DNA of 64,000 nucleotides from Polynucleobacter sp. JS-Safj-400b-B2 (lineage in GTDB: Bacteria > Pseudomonadota > Gammaproteobacteria > Burkholderiales > Burkholderiaceae), in assembly GCF_018881975.1 (NCBI RefSeq), contig NZ_JACVPJ010000004.1, positions 202,290 to 266,289 on the forward strand. Reading direction: 5' to 3'. Positions 9,123-18,931 of this stretch are shown here, piece after piece. The translations under genes and the position numbers were made by a program. Numbering within the stretch: position 1 is the stretch's first letter; each line of letters opens with the position of its first letter. A model generated the notes under the pieces. It ran no database searches and was not told the origin of the DNA. It saw only the letters and a program-made list of their open reading frames with translations.

Positions 9123-10043
9123 ATGAAAAGTAACTTCACATCTCTGCGCAATTTTTTCGAGGATCAACAATGCCCTTTGGCACTTGAACCAACCTCCATT
9201 ACAAGAGGTGATGTAACTCTTCACATATATGGCGTATTCCATGGTCTAACTGGCGGAACTAATAGGCGGTATCGATCTTCGGTTAATCAGGCGATTGCAC
9301 GGGCTAAATTGATTTCAAAAAACCCTGTGCTGGCTGAAAAATCCTTCTCAACTATATATAGAGGTGTTGATGTTGATGTGATGGATTGGTCCGTAATACC
9401 GCTGGGGGATGCATTTAAGATGAACTTCCACCTATTCGCTCATCCGTTGCGCTGGTTTGCCATTATTAAAATAATGGCGATAGAATTTATTCGCAAAAAT
9501 GATAAATTCGGCAAGAATGGAGTTTATCGCCCCTGTGATCTTGGTGGAAGTCTGCTGGCCCATAAAATACCGCCCCAAGAGCGAAGATTGATGTTTGGAT
9601 TCCCATTATCGCGAGAATACCTTGTGCAAAATGTGAATCGAATGCGTGGTGAACCCCATATGGGCTCACTTCATTTTATTGATCCAGATTATGAATGGCT
9701 GGGTTGGGCTGAGCCCTATATTAATATCCCGTTGCGGAGTATTTACATGCTCGAATTTTCATTTGAGTATGCACGTTTGAATCATTTGATGGCTATTAAC
9801 CTGTTTGTTGGGCAATCCCATGAAGGTGATATGGAATGGTATGCGAACAACACATTAGAAGATGACAAAAATATTAATCAAGAGGTGCTGTATGAGGTGG
9901 CAAGAATTATTGAGCTTGCCAAGGAAATGGCATCCAATGGGCCATCAATATTCGATCTCATAGCCTTTAGGTGCGTAAGTTTAGCTGGGGCTATTTTTCC
10001 GATATTGCTCTGGTATGGGATTTTTTTTCTTGCATTCCTGTGA
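9123..10043 (+). CDS. Hypothetical protein with a C-terminal TM anchor, possibly TraB/GumN-like
   Basis: A HIYGVFHGLTGG motif resembles the Gx(x)HxG signature of TraB/GumN family proteins. Very hydrophobic C-terminus (ILLWYGIFFLAFL). Confidence 0.35.
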   Translation: MKSNFTSLRNFFEDQQCPLALEPTSITRGDVTLHIYGVFHGLTGGTNRRYRSSVNQAIARAKLISKNPVLAEKSFSTIYRGVDVDVMDWSVIPLGDAFKMNFHLFAHPLRWFAIIKIMAIEFIRKNDKFGKNGVYRPCDLGGSLLAHKIPPQERRLMFGFPLSREYLVQNVNRMRGEPHMGSLHFIDPDYEWLGWAEPYINIPLRSIYMLEFSFEYARLNHLMAINLFVGQSHEGDMEWYANNTLEDDKNINQEVLYEVARIIELAKEMASNGPSIFDLIAFRCVSLAGAIFPILLWYGIFFLAFL

Positions 10044-10124
10044 GTTAGCTTTTTTGGCGCTTACGCTGCTGAGCAATTCTTATTTTATTTCTCCTGTTGG
10101 TGGAGCGCCTATGGCTAGGCATAT

Positions 10125-10715
10125 TCAAAAGAATAAAAAATAACCATTTAGCATGCAGACCGAACCAATAATCCCCAGAAATGCACCTGCCATTGTCAAT
10201 ATTGGCATAGACGCGAGGATCGATATGGAAAGCAAGACAATCCCGATTTGAAGGATGCCTTCGGCATAATCAAACCAAGGGTCTTGTCTGAGTGCATGAT
10301 CACGCTCAACCTCATGTTCTTTGGCTTTCTCTAGAAGCTGTTTTTTACCTTCACCTGATTTCTCATCGGACTCATAGTGAATAATTGACTCTTGATATTC
10401 GGTTAGCTTGTGAGCAATCAATTTTGCTTCAGGAGGGGTCAACTTTGCTTTACTGGGTAGATCTAGGTCCAGCTGCAAAAAATCGGCAGCAATCTTAGCC
10501 TGTGTTTGCTTAATGGATTTGGCTTGATAAAAGGCGTAGTAGTTGGACGCTTCAATATTATGTCGTGCCGCCTCTTTAGAGGCATTGCCGCCGCCAACAT
10601 TGTTAATGGCCAATACCATTGCCATGACCGAGATGGTAAGCGCCGTCCAGTTGCGAGACTTGTGCTTAGCCTCTTCAGTTTGCTCGATTAGTTCGTGTGT
10701 CTCGTGCGGTTCCAT
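10125..10715 (-). CDS. Membrane protein with N- and C-terminal TM helices and a central coiled region (DUF4337-like architecture)
   Basis: Start chosen at MEPHETHE. TM helices (ALTISVMAMVLAI and ILQIGIVLLSISILA) flank a charged helical middle. Confidence 0.4.
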   Translation of the reverse strand: MEPHETHELIEQTEEAKHKSRNWTALTISVMAMVLAINNVGGGNASKEAARHNIEASNYYAFYQAKSIKQTQAKIAADFLQLDLDLPSKAKLTPPEAKLIAHKLTEYQESIIHYESDEKSGEGKKQLLEKAKEHEVERDHALRQDPWFDYAEGILQIGIVLLSISILASMPILTMAGAFLGIIGSVCMLNGYFLFF

Positions 10716-10737
10716 TGTTAGTCCTAAAACGTCATTA

Positions 10738-11178
10738 TCAAAAATTTGCCCTGCATTGGGATATGGGCATTCCAAAAAAAGCGACAATTACAGGGTCTTG
10801 CGTGATGGTATTGCGCCCCTTGATGATGGCAGCTCTTCTGGCCTCATCTTCAGCAAGCCTTAAGGGCGCTCGATCCTTGTCAAACCAATACACCAGTCGT
10901 CTGGATTCCCCTGGGGTAACTTTGTCGGAAGCGCGTTTAATGAACTTTATGCGAGCCAGGATATTAGAGGCTGTTTTCTGCTTAATGCCAGAGTCGGTAA
11001 TATCTTTTAGCGTGCAAGGCTGGTGAATTTTAATGAATTCAAGAACCCTTCTTTCCATCGGCGTGAAGCGGTGCATAGTCGACGCCAGGAAAGGCGCGAG
11101 ATCATGCGCACGATCACCTATAGGGGTTGCGGGATTGCAGGGCATTAGTAGCTCTTCCCACTTTTGGCTCTCTGACAC
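10738..11178 (-). CDS. Hypothetical winged-helix-like DNA-binding protein
   Basis: The segment CTLKDITDSGIKQKTASNILARI resembles an HTH recognition helix. The protein is basic, 146 aa. Confidence 0.35.
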   Translation of the reverse strand: MSESQKWEELLMPCNPATPIGDRAHDLAPFLASTMHRFTPMERRVLEFIKIHQPCTLKDITDSGIKQKTASNILARIKFIKRASDKVTPGESRRLVYWFDKDRAPLRLAEDEARRAAIIKGRNTITQDPVIVAFFGMPISQCRANF

Positions 11179-11184
11179 TCTATG

Positions 11185-11538
11185 TTAATTTTTGGCATTT
11201 GAAGCCCCTCTAACAACCAGGTCTGCGGCACCAGCAGGTTCATCGGTTACTACCAGGTGAACAGACAAGGCATTGTAATTTTTATTATTAATAAAAATGA
11301 TATAGGCTTCGGTTAATTCCGACGGGATGATATAAACCGTATCCCCTGAGGTCTCAACGACGCCGACAAATGAAGGGGGAATGATTACTGCTATATCAGG
11401 AAATGGCAATTTAAATCTACTTCTGTGATGGTTTGCAAGCTTAACCGTGCCGCCATCTTCAATTTCTGTGGCCGCGAATGCGGGCATACATGCAACAAGC
11501 AGTGCTGATGCAATAACCGCTCGAATGATTTTTTTCAT
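11185..11538 (-). CDS. Secreted/periplasmic hypothetical protein
   Basis: Start chosen at MKKIIRAVIASALLVACMPAFA, a signal peptide. The ORF could extend upstream to 11655. Confidence 0.4.
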   Translation of the reverse strand: MKKIIRAVIASALLVACMPAFAATEIEDGGTVKLANHHRSRFKLPFPDIAVIIPPSFVGVVETSGDTVYIIPSELTEAYIIFINNKNYNALSVHLVVTDEPAGAADLVVRGASNAKN

Positions 11539-11738
11539 GTGCTGAATAAGGCTTTTTGCAAAGCGTTTACGACCAAGTTGATTAATTGCCAAGCACAGGG
11601 CCTTAACAATAATGGCTTTTTGATCTTTGTTAATACGGAATGGGTGATATTTCATGTGTTCAGTTTATTAGATGAAACCCCATCATCTCAAGAAAAATGG
11701 GGTTTGCAAGTTTGAAATTTGACTATATTTCAGCTTAA

Positions 11739-12890
11739 TTAAGCAGCCAATACCTCCAATTGCACATCCGTTTTCCAACGATGAATTTGGCTAAGCGTGC
11801 ATTCAGCACGATCAAGATCGCTTCGCTTGCCAAGATACACTGGCTGGAAAAGGCTGCCTCCAGTAAACGCATAAAGGTACTGAACCTCGATAAGATCACC
11901 TAACGATGGGATATTGGCTGATGGGGGGATGGTGACATTGCCAACATTGATCTCATTACCATTGACGTCATAAAGGGATATGCCGACACTGCGCTGTTGG
12001 TTGATTTTGGTTACCAAACAGGTTGAACTTTCCAAGAATTTGAATTTCAGGAAGTCGCCACCAGAATTGGGTCGTCCTGCCGCATGCTTGGAATTGATTT
12101 TCTTAAGCACAACACCTTCACCGGCAGCCGATAGCACGCTATCGCAAAATGCTTTTGCAGCTTCGATGCCATCCTCTGGGTAGATTGTTGGAATAAGCTT
12201 GATTTGCTCGCCTGACAATTCAAGGCTCTCCAACATCTCCCTAAGTGCAACAAAACGTCGCGCATAAGGCTGCTCTGACACTGTTGGGGCATTAGGGCAA
12301 AGGAGTGTATCAAAGACGTAGAAGACGTTTTTAACAATCTCACCATCGAGATAAAACTGCTCGCTGATTGCTTTTGAGCTCAGAAACTGGGAGAGGGATT
12401 GAGGTACATCGCGACATTGGCCTTTGCGGTTGAAGGCCGTCACTTGATCAACCTTGGAGCCTTTGTGCAGTAACGACATACGATCACCATCGGCCTTAAG
12501 CTGCATCACGTATTGGCCAGTAGCAAATAATTCAAGCACCTCTTCGATCGTATTGAGGGGGTTAAGCAGCTGCGCGCCAAAAGGCGATGTAACGGCCCGA
12601 ACTTCCGAAATTTCGATGACGTTATCACTTGGGCATGTCTGTCTCACGATGCTATAAATAGATGAACCTGAGCCCTTAAGCTTTGCCTCGATTGCCTTGG
12701 TATAGGCTTTCCTTGCGGCATCAAAATCAGAGTAGGGCGCTTTTTCTGGCTGCTGGCGAAGATTGCCGGCCGGGCCATTTTTGATCATAACGCTAAATGT
12801 GTCGTCATCGTTTTGACCAAGAATAACAAGGTATTCTTTGCCTCCGCTATTGCTCGGTGCTGACAGTAATGTTTGTTCTTTAACTTGCAT
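11739..12890 (-). CDS. ATP-dependent DNA (or RNA) ligase, minimal nucleotidyltransferase plus OB type, with an N-terminal WGR-like extension
   Basis: Covalent nucleotidyltransferase motifs: I QLKADGDR (KxDG), III FYLDGEIV, IIIa YVFDTL, IV EGVVLK and V FLKFKF. The first ~80 residues (EYLVILGQNDDDTFSVMIKNGPAGN) are WGR-like. Confidence 0.75.
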   Translation of the reverse strand: MQVKEQTLLSAPSNSGGKEYLVILGQNDDDTFSVMIKNGPAGNLRQQPEKAPYSDFDAARKAYTKAIEAKLKGSGSSIYSIVRQTCPSDNVIEISEVRAVTSPFGAQLLNPLNTIEEVLELFATGQYVMQLKADGDRMSLLHKGSKVDQVTAFNRKGQCRDVPQSLSQFLSSKAISEQFYLDGEIVKNVFYVFDTLLCPNAPTVSEQPYARRFVALREMLESLELSGEQIKLIPTIYPEDGIEAAKAFCDSVLSAAGEGVVLKKINSKHAAGRPNSGGDFLKFKFLESSTCLVTKINQQRSVGISLYDVNGNEINVGNVTIPPSANIPSLGDLIEVQYLYAFTGGSLFQPVYLGKRSDLDRAECTLSQIHRWKTDVQLEVLAA

Positions 12891-12948
12891 GGCATTTCCT
12901 TTTGAGCGTCTAAAGAACTATCATCTCAAGGGAAGTAACAAATGCAAG

Positions 12949-13251
12949 TTAGGAAATTTTATTGGGCAGTGTAGCTGCAAAAACATCAACGCCTTCTTGG
13001 ATGCCTTTGTTCCAATAATGCTCAGTGACATACTCAAAGAACCGAATTGGCGTCTCAAGCGTCCGTGAAAATCCACTCTTTTTCTCACTTTTGATGAAGG
13101 CGTCGATCATCTCGCGACTCTCTGTAGCCCAAAGTAGAAAATCTCCATAAGCCTGGTATTGAAACGGATCTTGTAGGTTTGAGGGCTTGTTTTTGATCTT
13201 GTCAATAAACGAGAGTGTTTGTCCCTGCAGATTCAAAGTCGTTACTCCCAT
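12949..13251 (-). CDS. Hypothetical protein (about 100 aa)
   Basis: Start chosen at MGVTTLNLQ. The longer ORF in the track would run through the tRNA-like gene and is rejected. Confidence 0.35.
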   Translation of the reverse strand: MGVTTLNLQGQTLSFIDKIKNKPSNLQDPFQYQAYGDFLLWATESREMIDAFIKSEKKSGFSRTLETPIRFFEYVTEHYWNKGIQEGVDVFAATLPNKIS

Positions 13252-13262
13252 AAAATTAGTGA

Positions 13263-13334
<72 letters not shown>

Positions 13335-13636
13335 ATCGTGAAACCAACTACTCGCTGCGTCTAGTAACCCATTGGATATCACCCTGAAGTCTGCGATCTT
13401 CTTTGGTCGTTTTCTAGCATCCGCTTTCGTTGGTGCTATTAATTTAACCGTCAAAATTGTTTATGCAAATTCAATTCATTGAATAATAATTGCAGAATTC
13501 TTGGGTCCAGGCGAGACCTAAGTCGCATAACTTATCCTCGACCATGTAACTACCAGTGGTCACTGGCCATTGCTCTAAGTTATTGATTTAAAGCGAATCC
13601 CGCTTACAAAAAATATGACTCTCGAGGGTAATTTTT

Positions 13637-14083
13637 CTACATTTCTTGCGGCTGAAGTTTTGCTAATGCGCCCTGAATTTGAGGGATACTGTCCCTGTTT
13701 GTACCAACAACGAAACTGCACAGACCCCCTTTGCTTTTAATGATTTTCATGATCTTAGGCAAATCTACGGAAAGCAAGGCACCTAAATTTGGGCTGTAAA
13801 TCGCAGAGCCGCCGGTATAACCCCACGAGCCTTGAATGACTGCGTAAGCATGGCGACCACCCATCCGATCCGAGACTGCCTTGTCGTTCATTCTGGCAGA
13901 AAGACCGCCGTCAACAATACGTCGCGCATCTCTTAGCGCGATAGCACCATCAGTCGATCGATCGAATATGTAGCAATAGTGCGGGATATAGTCTGATTTG
14001 ACTTGGGAAATCACCCGGCCAGTAGATCTGCTTCGCTTTTGAGCTAGCGCCAAGTTAAGGTGGGGTATTAGGGTACCTCGCAT
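13637..14083 (-). CDS. Hypothetical protein (148 aa) co-transcribed with the alarmone hydrolase
   Basis: It lies 3 nt downstream of the HD-domain gene. A glycine-rich GSWGYTGGSAIYSPNLG segment is present. Fold not assignable by eye; a macro-like or nucleotide-binding fold is possible. Confidence 0.4.
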   Translation of the reverse strand: MRGTLIPHLNLALAQKRSRSTGRVISQVKSDYIPHYCYIFDRSTDGAIALRDARRIVDGGLSARMNDKAVSDRMGGRHAYAVIQGSWGYTGGSAIYSPNLGALLSVDLPKIMKIIKSKGGLCSFVVGTNRDSIPQIQGALAKLQPQEM

Positions 14084-14086
14084 TCT

Positions 14087-14668
14087 TTATGCTTTGGTCG
14101 TCTCAGCTTTTAAAGAACTACGGAGTTCCGATAGGGTTCCTTGCGCCAAAAATTCTAATCCAGGATCTATGGGTCCAAGCCCGGCAATAACTGCCTCAGA
14201 CCAATCGGCGTACTGAGCAATTCGCTCCATGGGCCATCCATCTGGAGGACTCTTGACCATGTCACTCAGATTGCATATTTTGTCTGCAATCTTAACAAGC
14301 TTGGCGCCATAACTCAGATGTGGCGCATGCTCAATCTGCAGACGCTTGCGCACATCGCTTGTCAAGGATTTATCATCTGTTACCTCCTTGACGATCCCTA
14401 GAACATTCTCACCAAATAGGAATTGAATCTGGTGTTCGGTAGTATTGGTGTCCTCCAGTACATCATGCAGGATGGCCGCAATGATAATCTCCTCATCCCC
14501 TAGCTCGGACAGAAGGTGCGCAACTCCAATTGGGTGATTAATGTACGGGGTCTGCTCTTTGTCTTTACGGCGCTGTTTGGTATGTTTGTGCGCCGCAAAA
14601 GCAACAGCATCAAGAATCTTACGAGAGAGGAAGGCTGGGGAGGTGGGTGGCGATTTTTCTTTAAACAT
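14087..14668 (-). CDS. HD-domain small alarmone ((p)ppGpp/(p)ppApp) hydrolase, SpoT/Mesh1-like
   Basis: FAAHKHTKQRRKDKEQTPYINHPIGVAHLL...AILHDVLEDT matches the RelA/SpoT hydrolase-domain signature (HD, and ED at the second metal site). A 193 aa single-domain protein. Confidence 0.75.
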   Translation of the reverse strand: MFKEKSPPTSPAFLSRKILDAVAFAAHKHTKQRRKDKEQTPYINHPIGVAHLLSELGDEEIIIAAILHDVLEDTNTTEHQIQFLFGENVLGIVKEVTDDKSLTSDVRKRLQIEHAPHLSYGAKLVKIADKICNLSDMVKSPPDGWPMERIAQYADWSEAVIAGLGPIDPGLEFLAQGTLSELRSSLKAETTKA

Positions 14669-14725
14669 AATAAGGTGAAGCCTTTATCTACAAGGAGCTA
14701 TCGGATGCTGACGTTTTCAAAACAA

Positions 14726-15163
14726 TTAAGAGTCAGCATTTTCGCTGGGTACCGGCGTAATAATTTTCCAGCCTGGATTACAAAACGCAATATAAGGGTA
14801 GTAAGACTTCGAGTCTTCACAGTAGAACCAGCGTGGATGGTCTGAATGCATCACTGGCTCATCAAGTGCGGGCGGCTGTGATTGCTCAAGGTATGGGCTT
14901 GGAAGATATGGGTAGGGGCTAGGGTAGCTGGGGTATTGATATGGGTAATAAACGCCGTTCACTAGCCAATACCAACCTAGCCGCCCATCACGTATTTCAT
15001 GCTGCCAATGACCGGAATCCCAAATATGAATATCGTATTCAGAAAAACGATCAATTTGGTTTTCGTTTCGCCAACCCTCTGCCGATGCTGCGATCGCAAT
15101 AGAGCCAATCAAGGAGAATATAAGAATGCATCGGAAATATTTTGAAATTTTGATTCCACTCAC
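14726..15163 (-). CDS. Secreted Tyr/Pro-rich hypothetical protein
   Basis: Signal peptide MSGIKISKYFRCILIFSLIGSIAIAASA and YPYQYPSYPSPYPYLPSPY low-complexity repeats. Confidence 0.4.
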   Translation of the reverse strand: MSGIKISKYFRCILIFSLIGSIAIAASAEGWRNENQIDRFSEYDIHIWDSGHWQHEIRDGRLGWYWLVNGVYYPYQYPSYPSPYPYLPSPYLEQSQPPALDEPVMHSDHPRWFYCEDSKSYYPYIAFCNPGWKIITPVPSENADS

Positions 15164-15348
15164 GACTTCTCCTTGTTAACCAAGGAGATATCTTTGCATG
15201 AGAATCCACATCCGCAAGTCCCGAAAAGTATAAAAAAGAAGGCGTTTAATCTATTCTCGCCATTCTCTCAGGTTACCCCCCCTTACTTGAATGTGTGCCA
15301 AAACCTTTGTTGTCAAAAACAATTCATTTGCAATGATTTGCATAAAAG

Positions 15349-15666
15349 TTAGGGTGACAACGGAATTCTGGAGTGTTTGCAAGCTCGAATCGCATACTGA
15401 GCCAAAGCAATAAAGCTGGAACCCTCGACAAGTGCTCGCGGCACTAACTCAAGTAGGTCGCCATCCATCTCGATCCGACGCTTCAGATAGGCGCCTGTGT
15501 ATTCTAAATTTTGCTCTAAGCTCGACAACCTAATGCATGCAGCCAATATCCGAGAGCTGGCAACATTTTTTGCAGAAAATGGAGTAAGCAATAAAACCTT
15601 GAATTGCGCCGCAATCAGCTCGCTATCGGCATGAATGTCGGCTAGGTTGTCGTGTTGCTTGCTCAT
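15349..15666 (-). CDS. Hypothetical protein (105 aa)
   Basis: ORF only. Confidence 0.3.
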   Translation of the reverse strand: MSKQHDNLADIHADSELIAAQFKVLLLTPFSAKNVASSRILAACIRLSSLEQNLEYTGAYLKRRIEMDGDLLELVPRALVEGSSFIALAQYAIRACKHSRIPLSP

Positions 15667-15916
15667 TGAGATTTAGAGAAGCGGCTGCGACTAAGCTTAG
15701 CAACGCATAGACCGCATTTCCATCGCGAGCGAACCACTCCTGCAGTTTTAAATGAAACCGTTTTTCCAGACGCGACGTCGCGCGTAGTTTGACAGGAGGT
15801 ACAAAAGCGGGTTTGGGGTGTTGTTGTCGTGGTAGCAGTGGTGGGTATCATTAACGAGTGCTAATCGGCTCTAGTAGTGGGTAAAAGTTGATTTTACAAG
15901 CTAACAATCCCGACCT

Positions 15917-16297
15917 CTAGCTAATCCAACTTTCCGGCGAATTGCAGATCCGAATAACCTCTTCGCACTGCTCATTGTCAAATAAGGCCATGTGGCAATT
16001 ATCAATATGCATCCGCATTTGTTTAGCTAGCCATTCGTAAGCATTGGACCGGTTGATAAACCCTTTTTGCCACAGAGGGTCAAATGCCTCGTGAGCGCGC
16101 AACCGAGCTTTACGAAGTTTTGCATTTGCTAAAGTGCCTTTGGGTATGGTGCTACCAGGGAAGCAGCTAACGGTCGCCTTACAAGGGGCGCAGTGATAAA
16201 AAAAATCATCCCTAAGGTGATCGCGGTGCGCGTATAAACTAGCGCCGGTATAAAGGCCAGCTTCGTCGCCGCAATAAGGGCATTTAATCTCCAGCAT
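15917..16297 (-). CDS. Zinc-ribbon protein (phage/ICE-type)
   Basis: CPYCG...HCAPCK Cys pairs at the N-terminus. Adjacent to the exonuclease gene. Confidence 0.45.
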   Translation of the reverse strand: MLEIKCPYCGDEAGLYTGASLYAHRDHLRDDFFYHCAPCKATVSCFPGSTIPKGTLANAKLRKARLRAHEAFDPLWQKGFINRSNAYEWLAKQMRMHIDNCHMALFDNEQCEEVIRICNSPESWIS

Positions 16298-16324
16298 AGG
16301 ATTGCCACGCTTTGTTACGGAAAA

Positions 16325-17056
16325 TTACGTCTGCAATGCTGCGCGCAAATAAGGGTCGATATCGCTTTGCCCTACCAACCAACGTTTGTAATCTACGGGC
16401 AAATCCGTCAAAGCACAGCCCTTGTGCTTACCAAAACTCATATGCGTCGGGATTCTGGCGAGTTCAGAGGCCTCATAAAGGCCTTCGATGGTGGTAATTC
16501 CAAAATGTCTTACGAGGGCCTTCAAAATACTGGCGCAAATGAGCACGTCAGCCTTTGCTGAGTGCGCATTCTTCAGCTTTTCTCGCGCATGGGTGCGATA
16601 CAAAAAATACATGAGTGCAGATTGGGTGTGAGAGCCAAGCTCGGGCCAAGCTTTACGAGCCAGGGCGAGAGTGCAAATACACTTAACATCGGGATTGCCA
16701 ATAACCGTGGCATCAAAATCAATATTGTGGCCAATGAGATATTGGATTCCATCTGGCAGCGAGAATGAAGAAGAGGACGGGCAATTGACTAAATCCTCGT
16801 CCATTATGTGGTGTGTTGCTAGGGCCCCAATCTCAATGGGTTTGCTAGGCTTGTATTGTTGGTTAAATCCATCGCCAACAAATATCGTTGGCAAAATGGA
16901 TGAGATCTCGAGCCACGCCGCTTCAATGAGTTCGGGTTCATTGAGGCCTGTGGTTTCGCAATCGAAGATATAAGCATTAATACCCGGCATCTTCTTCTTC
17001 CAGCTTGCGAATACGCTCCTCGAGGTTGAATGTTTTAACCATGCCAAAACAGACAA
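16325..17056 (-). CDS. DEDDh 3'-5' exonuclease (DnaQ-like) with a C-terminal KHKG/DUF3820-like extension
   Basis: Exo I YIFDCETTGL, Exo II IGHNIDFD, Exo III HSAKADV (H-x4-D). The probable start is MPGINAY at 16990. Confidence 0.75.
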   Translation of the reverse strand: MSVLAWLKHSTSRSVFASWKKKMPGINAYIFDCETTGLNEPELIEAAWLEISSILPTIFVGDGFNQQYKPSKPIEIGALATHHIMDEDLVNCPSSSSFSLPDGIQYLIGHNIDFDATVIGNPDVKCICTLALARKAWPELGSHTQSALMYFLYRTHAREKLKNAHSAKADVLICASILKALVRHFGITTIEGLYEASELARIPTHMSFGKHKGCALTDLPVDYKRWLVGQSDIDPYLRAALQT

Positions 17057-17190
17057 TCGCTAAAGCAGTCCAGCCAACAAATATGTTTAATAAAGTATTC
17101 ATAGATTCAATGTATAGCAGATGTAAGGCATTGCAAGTCAAGAAATATGCCAGCGATGCCGGCATATTTTTTATTCAAAACTGCGAACCA

Positions 17191-17499
17191 TTACTTGGAT
17201 TTTTTAGCTGGCGCGGCCTTTTTCTTTGGGTTGAGCTCATCCTTGAGTGTTTTACTGGCTGAAAATTTCAGTGATTTCTTTGCGGTGATTTTAACGGCCT
17301 CACCAGTGCGCGGGTTACGTCCGGTGCGAGCGGCTCTCTCGGTACACTTGAATGAACCAAAGCCAAAAATCGCCACACCAACACCATTTTTGAGGGATCC
17401 AGCAATGCCATCAAAGACGGCTTCAACAGCATGGGCTGCTGCAATTTTTGAAATATCTGCTTTTTCTGACACAAATGCCACTAATTCTGTTTTATTCAA
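17191..17499 (-). CDS. HU/IHF-family nucleoid protein with a lysine-rich C-terminal tail
   Basis: MNKTELVAFVSEKADISKIAA...GFGSFKCTERAARTGRNPRTGEAV is a canonical HU fold sequence followed by a KKKAAPAKKSK tail. TTG start at 17499 with a GGAG 7 nt upstream. Confidence 0.8.
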   Translation of the reverse strand: MNKTELVAFVSEKADISKIAAAHAVEAVFDGIAGSLKNGVGVAIFGFGSFKCTERAARTGRNPRTGEAVKITAKKSLKFSASKTLKDELNPKKKAAPAKKSK

Positions 17500-17546
17500 T
17501 TTAAAACTCCTTGTAAGGGTGCTGCGGTTGGGAAAGCTACTTTTAT

Positions 17547-18344
17547 TTATGAATATAGTTTTTTTGCTTGGCGATCGGCACAACGCTTGCCTAATGGCGC
17601 ATCAAGCCACCATGACCCAGAGCTGGCACTACCATCTTTGGATGGATCATTCCTGTCATAATTCCAGGGGTACCAACACATGAGACCTGGGCTGGATTGC
17701 GAGGGCCTAAGAAATCCCCATTTTTTTGAATACATATCATCATGAAAAAATAGAGTCCAGCATTCCAAAGGTTTTCCATTGGCATCGTTATCAAGCACTA
17801 CACGATGGAAGTCGTATCCATCCAATAGGTTTGAGCTGTCAATTAAAAACTCACCATTTGGTGTTTTCTCTCTATAGCACCCCAATAAAACAATGGACCG
17901 CGCCCAGCACCATGGGTGGTCGTGAAACCCTCTATCTGGGTCGCTGGCTACAAATCTGTGGATATAAAAACGGGCGCTAAATATGCTAAATAGATAATAT
18001 CGCTCAAGGTAAGGGGACGAGCCATCGCTAATAATTCGACAAGGCAGGTTACCGGAGAGCCAATATAGGAACAGCCCCATTGCCCGATCGCTCCAAGGGC
18101 GTAACCGATAGGCTCTTTTTTGAGCCCACATCTTCAACCCCATAAGGCTGGCTATTGAAAATAGTAGGTTGGCGATGCCAATATAAAAAATTGTTAATGG
18201 CAGGTGGAATATTGTTGAAAGCTGGTCAACTACCGTTTGCGGCGTTGAAAAACTAAATGGGATCGTAATAAAGGTGTACCAAAACGACCAAAATAGAATT
18301 TGATTTAATACTTTTGAGCGAGTTTTTTGCAGTGACTTTATCAA
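17547..18344 (-). CDS. Membrane protein with a C-terminal cupin-like domain
   Basis: N-terminal TM helices, then GFHDHPW (a G-x-H-x-H cupin motif 1) and PNGEF...FHRVVLDN (motif 2-like). Confidence 0.35.
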   Translation of the reverse strand: MIKSLQKTRSKVLNQILFWSFWYTFITIPFSFSTPQTVVDQLSTIFHLPLTIFYIGIANLLFSIASLMGLKMWAQKRAYRLRPWSDRAMGLFLYWLSGNLPCRIISDGSSPYLERYYLFSIFSARFYIHRFVASDPDRGFHDHPWCWARSIVLLGCYREKTPNGEFLIDSSNLLDGYDFHRVVLDNDANGKPLECWTLFFHDDMYSKKWGFLRPSQSSPGLMCWYPWNYDRNDPSKDGSASSGSWWLDAPLGKRCADRQAKKLYS

Positions 18345-18931
18345 GCGAACGCCTTTAATGGGGTGAGAGCTTCTTTAGCGAGGCGAGACCATTCATCGCT
18401 ATCTAATGCATTAATTAGATCGTCTAATTGGTCTTCGAGCCTAAAAATTAAGTCGCGCCATTTCTCAGAAACAGATCGCATTTTCCAGAGCCTGTCCTGA
18501 AGCTCGGGGCAGGCGCTTAAAAGGCGAACACAAGATTCCAGCTCCTTTGAAGTTTTGGGTGTTGGCATAACCCGCTTAGTATCATAAAAATTTAAACCAG
18601 ATAGTGCTGTAAATAAAGCGTCTGAGCTTCTGGTGCGCGCACCATTTGCGAGCCAGTGAATGACATGTTTCTTGGCGCCTAATAGCCTGGGGTCATTGGC
18701 ATAAACCGCTAACAATTCGCCGGAATCCGTAAGCTCATGATTTAGCCTTAATAAATCCGATGGCAAACCAATAACCGCAAAAACACGCATTCTGCAGGCT
18801 AAAATTAAATCCATGACCGCACCAGCAGGCGCTTGAGTAAACACCCCGGCCAACTCTTTTGGGCTCATGCCGTAGTCCGCCGTAATAACCAGGCACCCTG
18901 ATCGAAGTCGAGTGGATGGCATGGTTATCAT
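18341..18931 (-). CDS. Hypothetical protein (196 aa)
   Basis: ORF overlapping both neighbours by 4 nt, so operonic. Confidence 0.35.
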   Translation of the reverse strand: MITMPSTRLRSGCLVITADYGMSPKELAGVFTQAPAGAVMDLILACRMRVFAVIGLPSDLLRLNHELTDSGELLAVYANDPRLLGAKKHVIHWLANGARTRSSDALFTALSGLNFYDTKRVMPTPKTSKELESCVRLLSACPELQDRLWKMRSVSEKWRDLIFRLEDQLDDLINALDSDEWSRLAKEALTPLKAFA

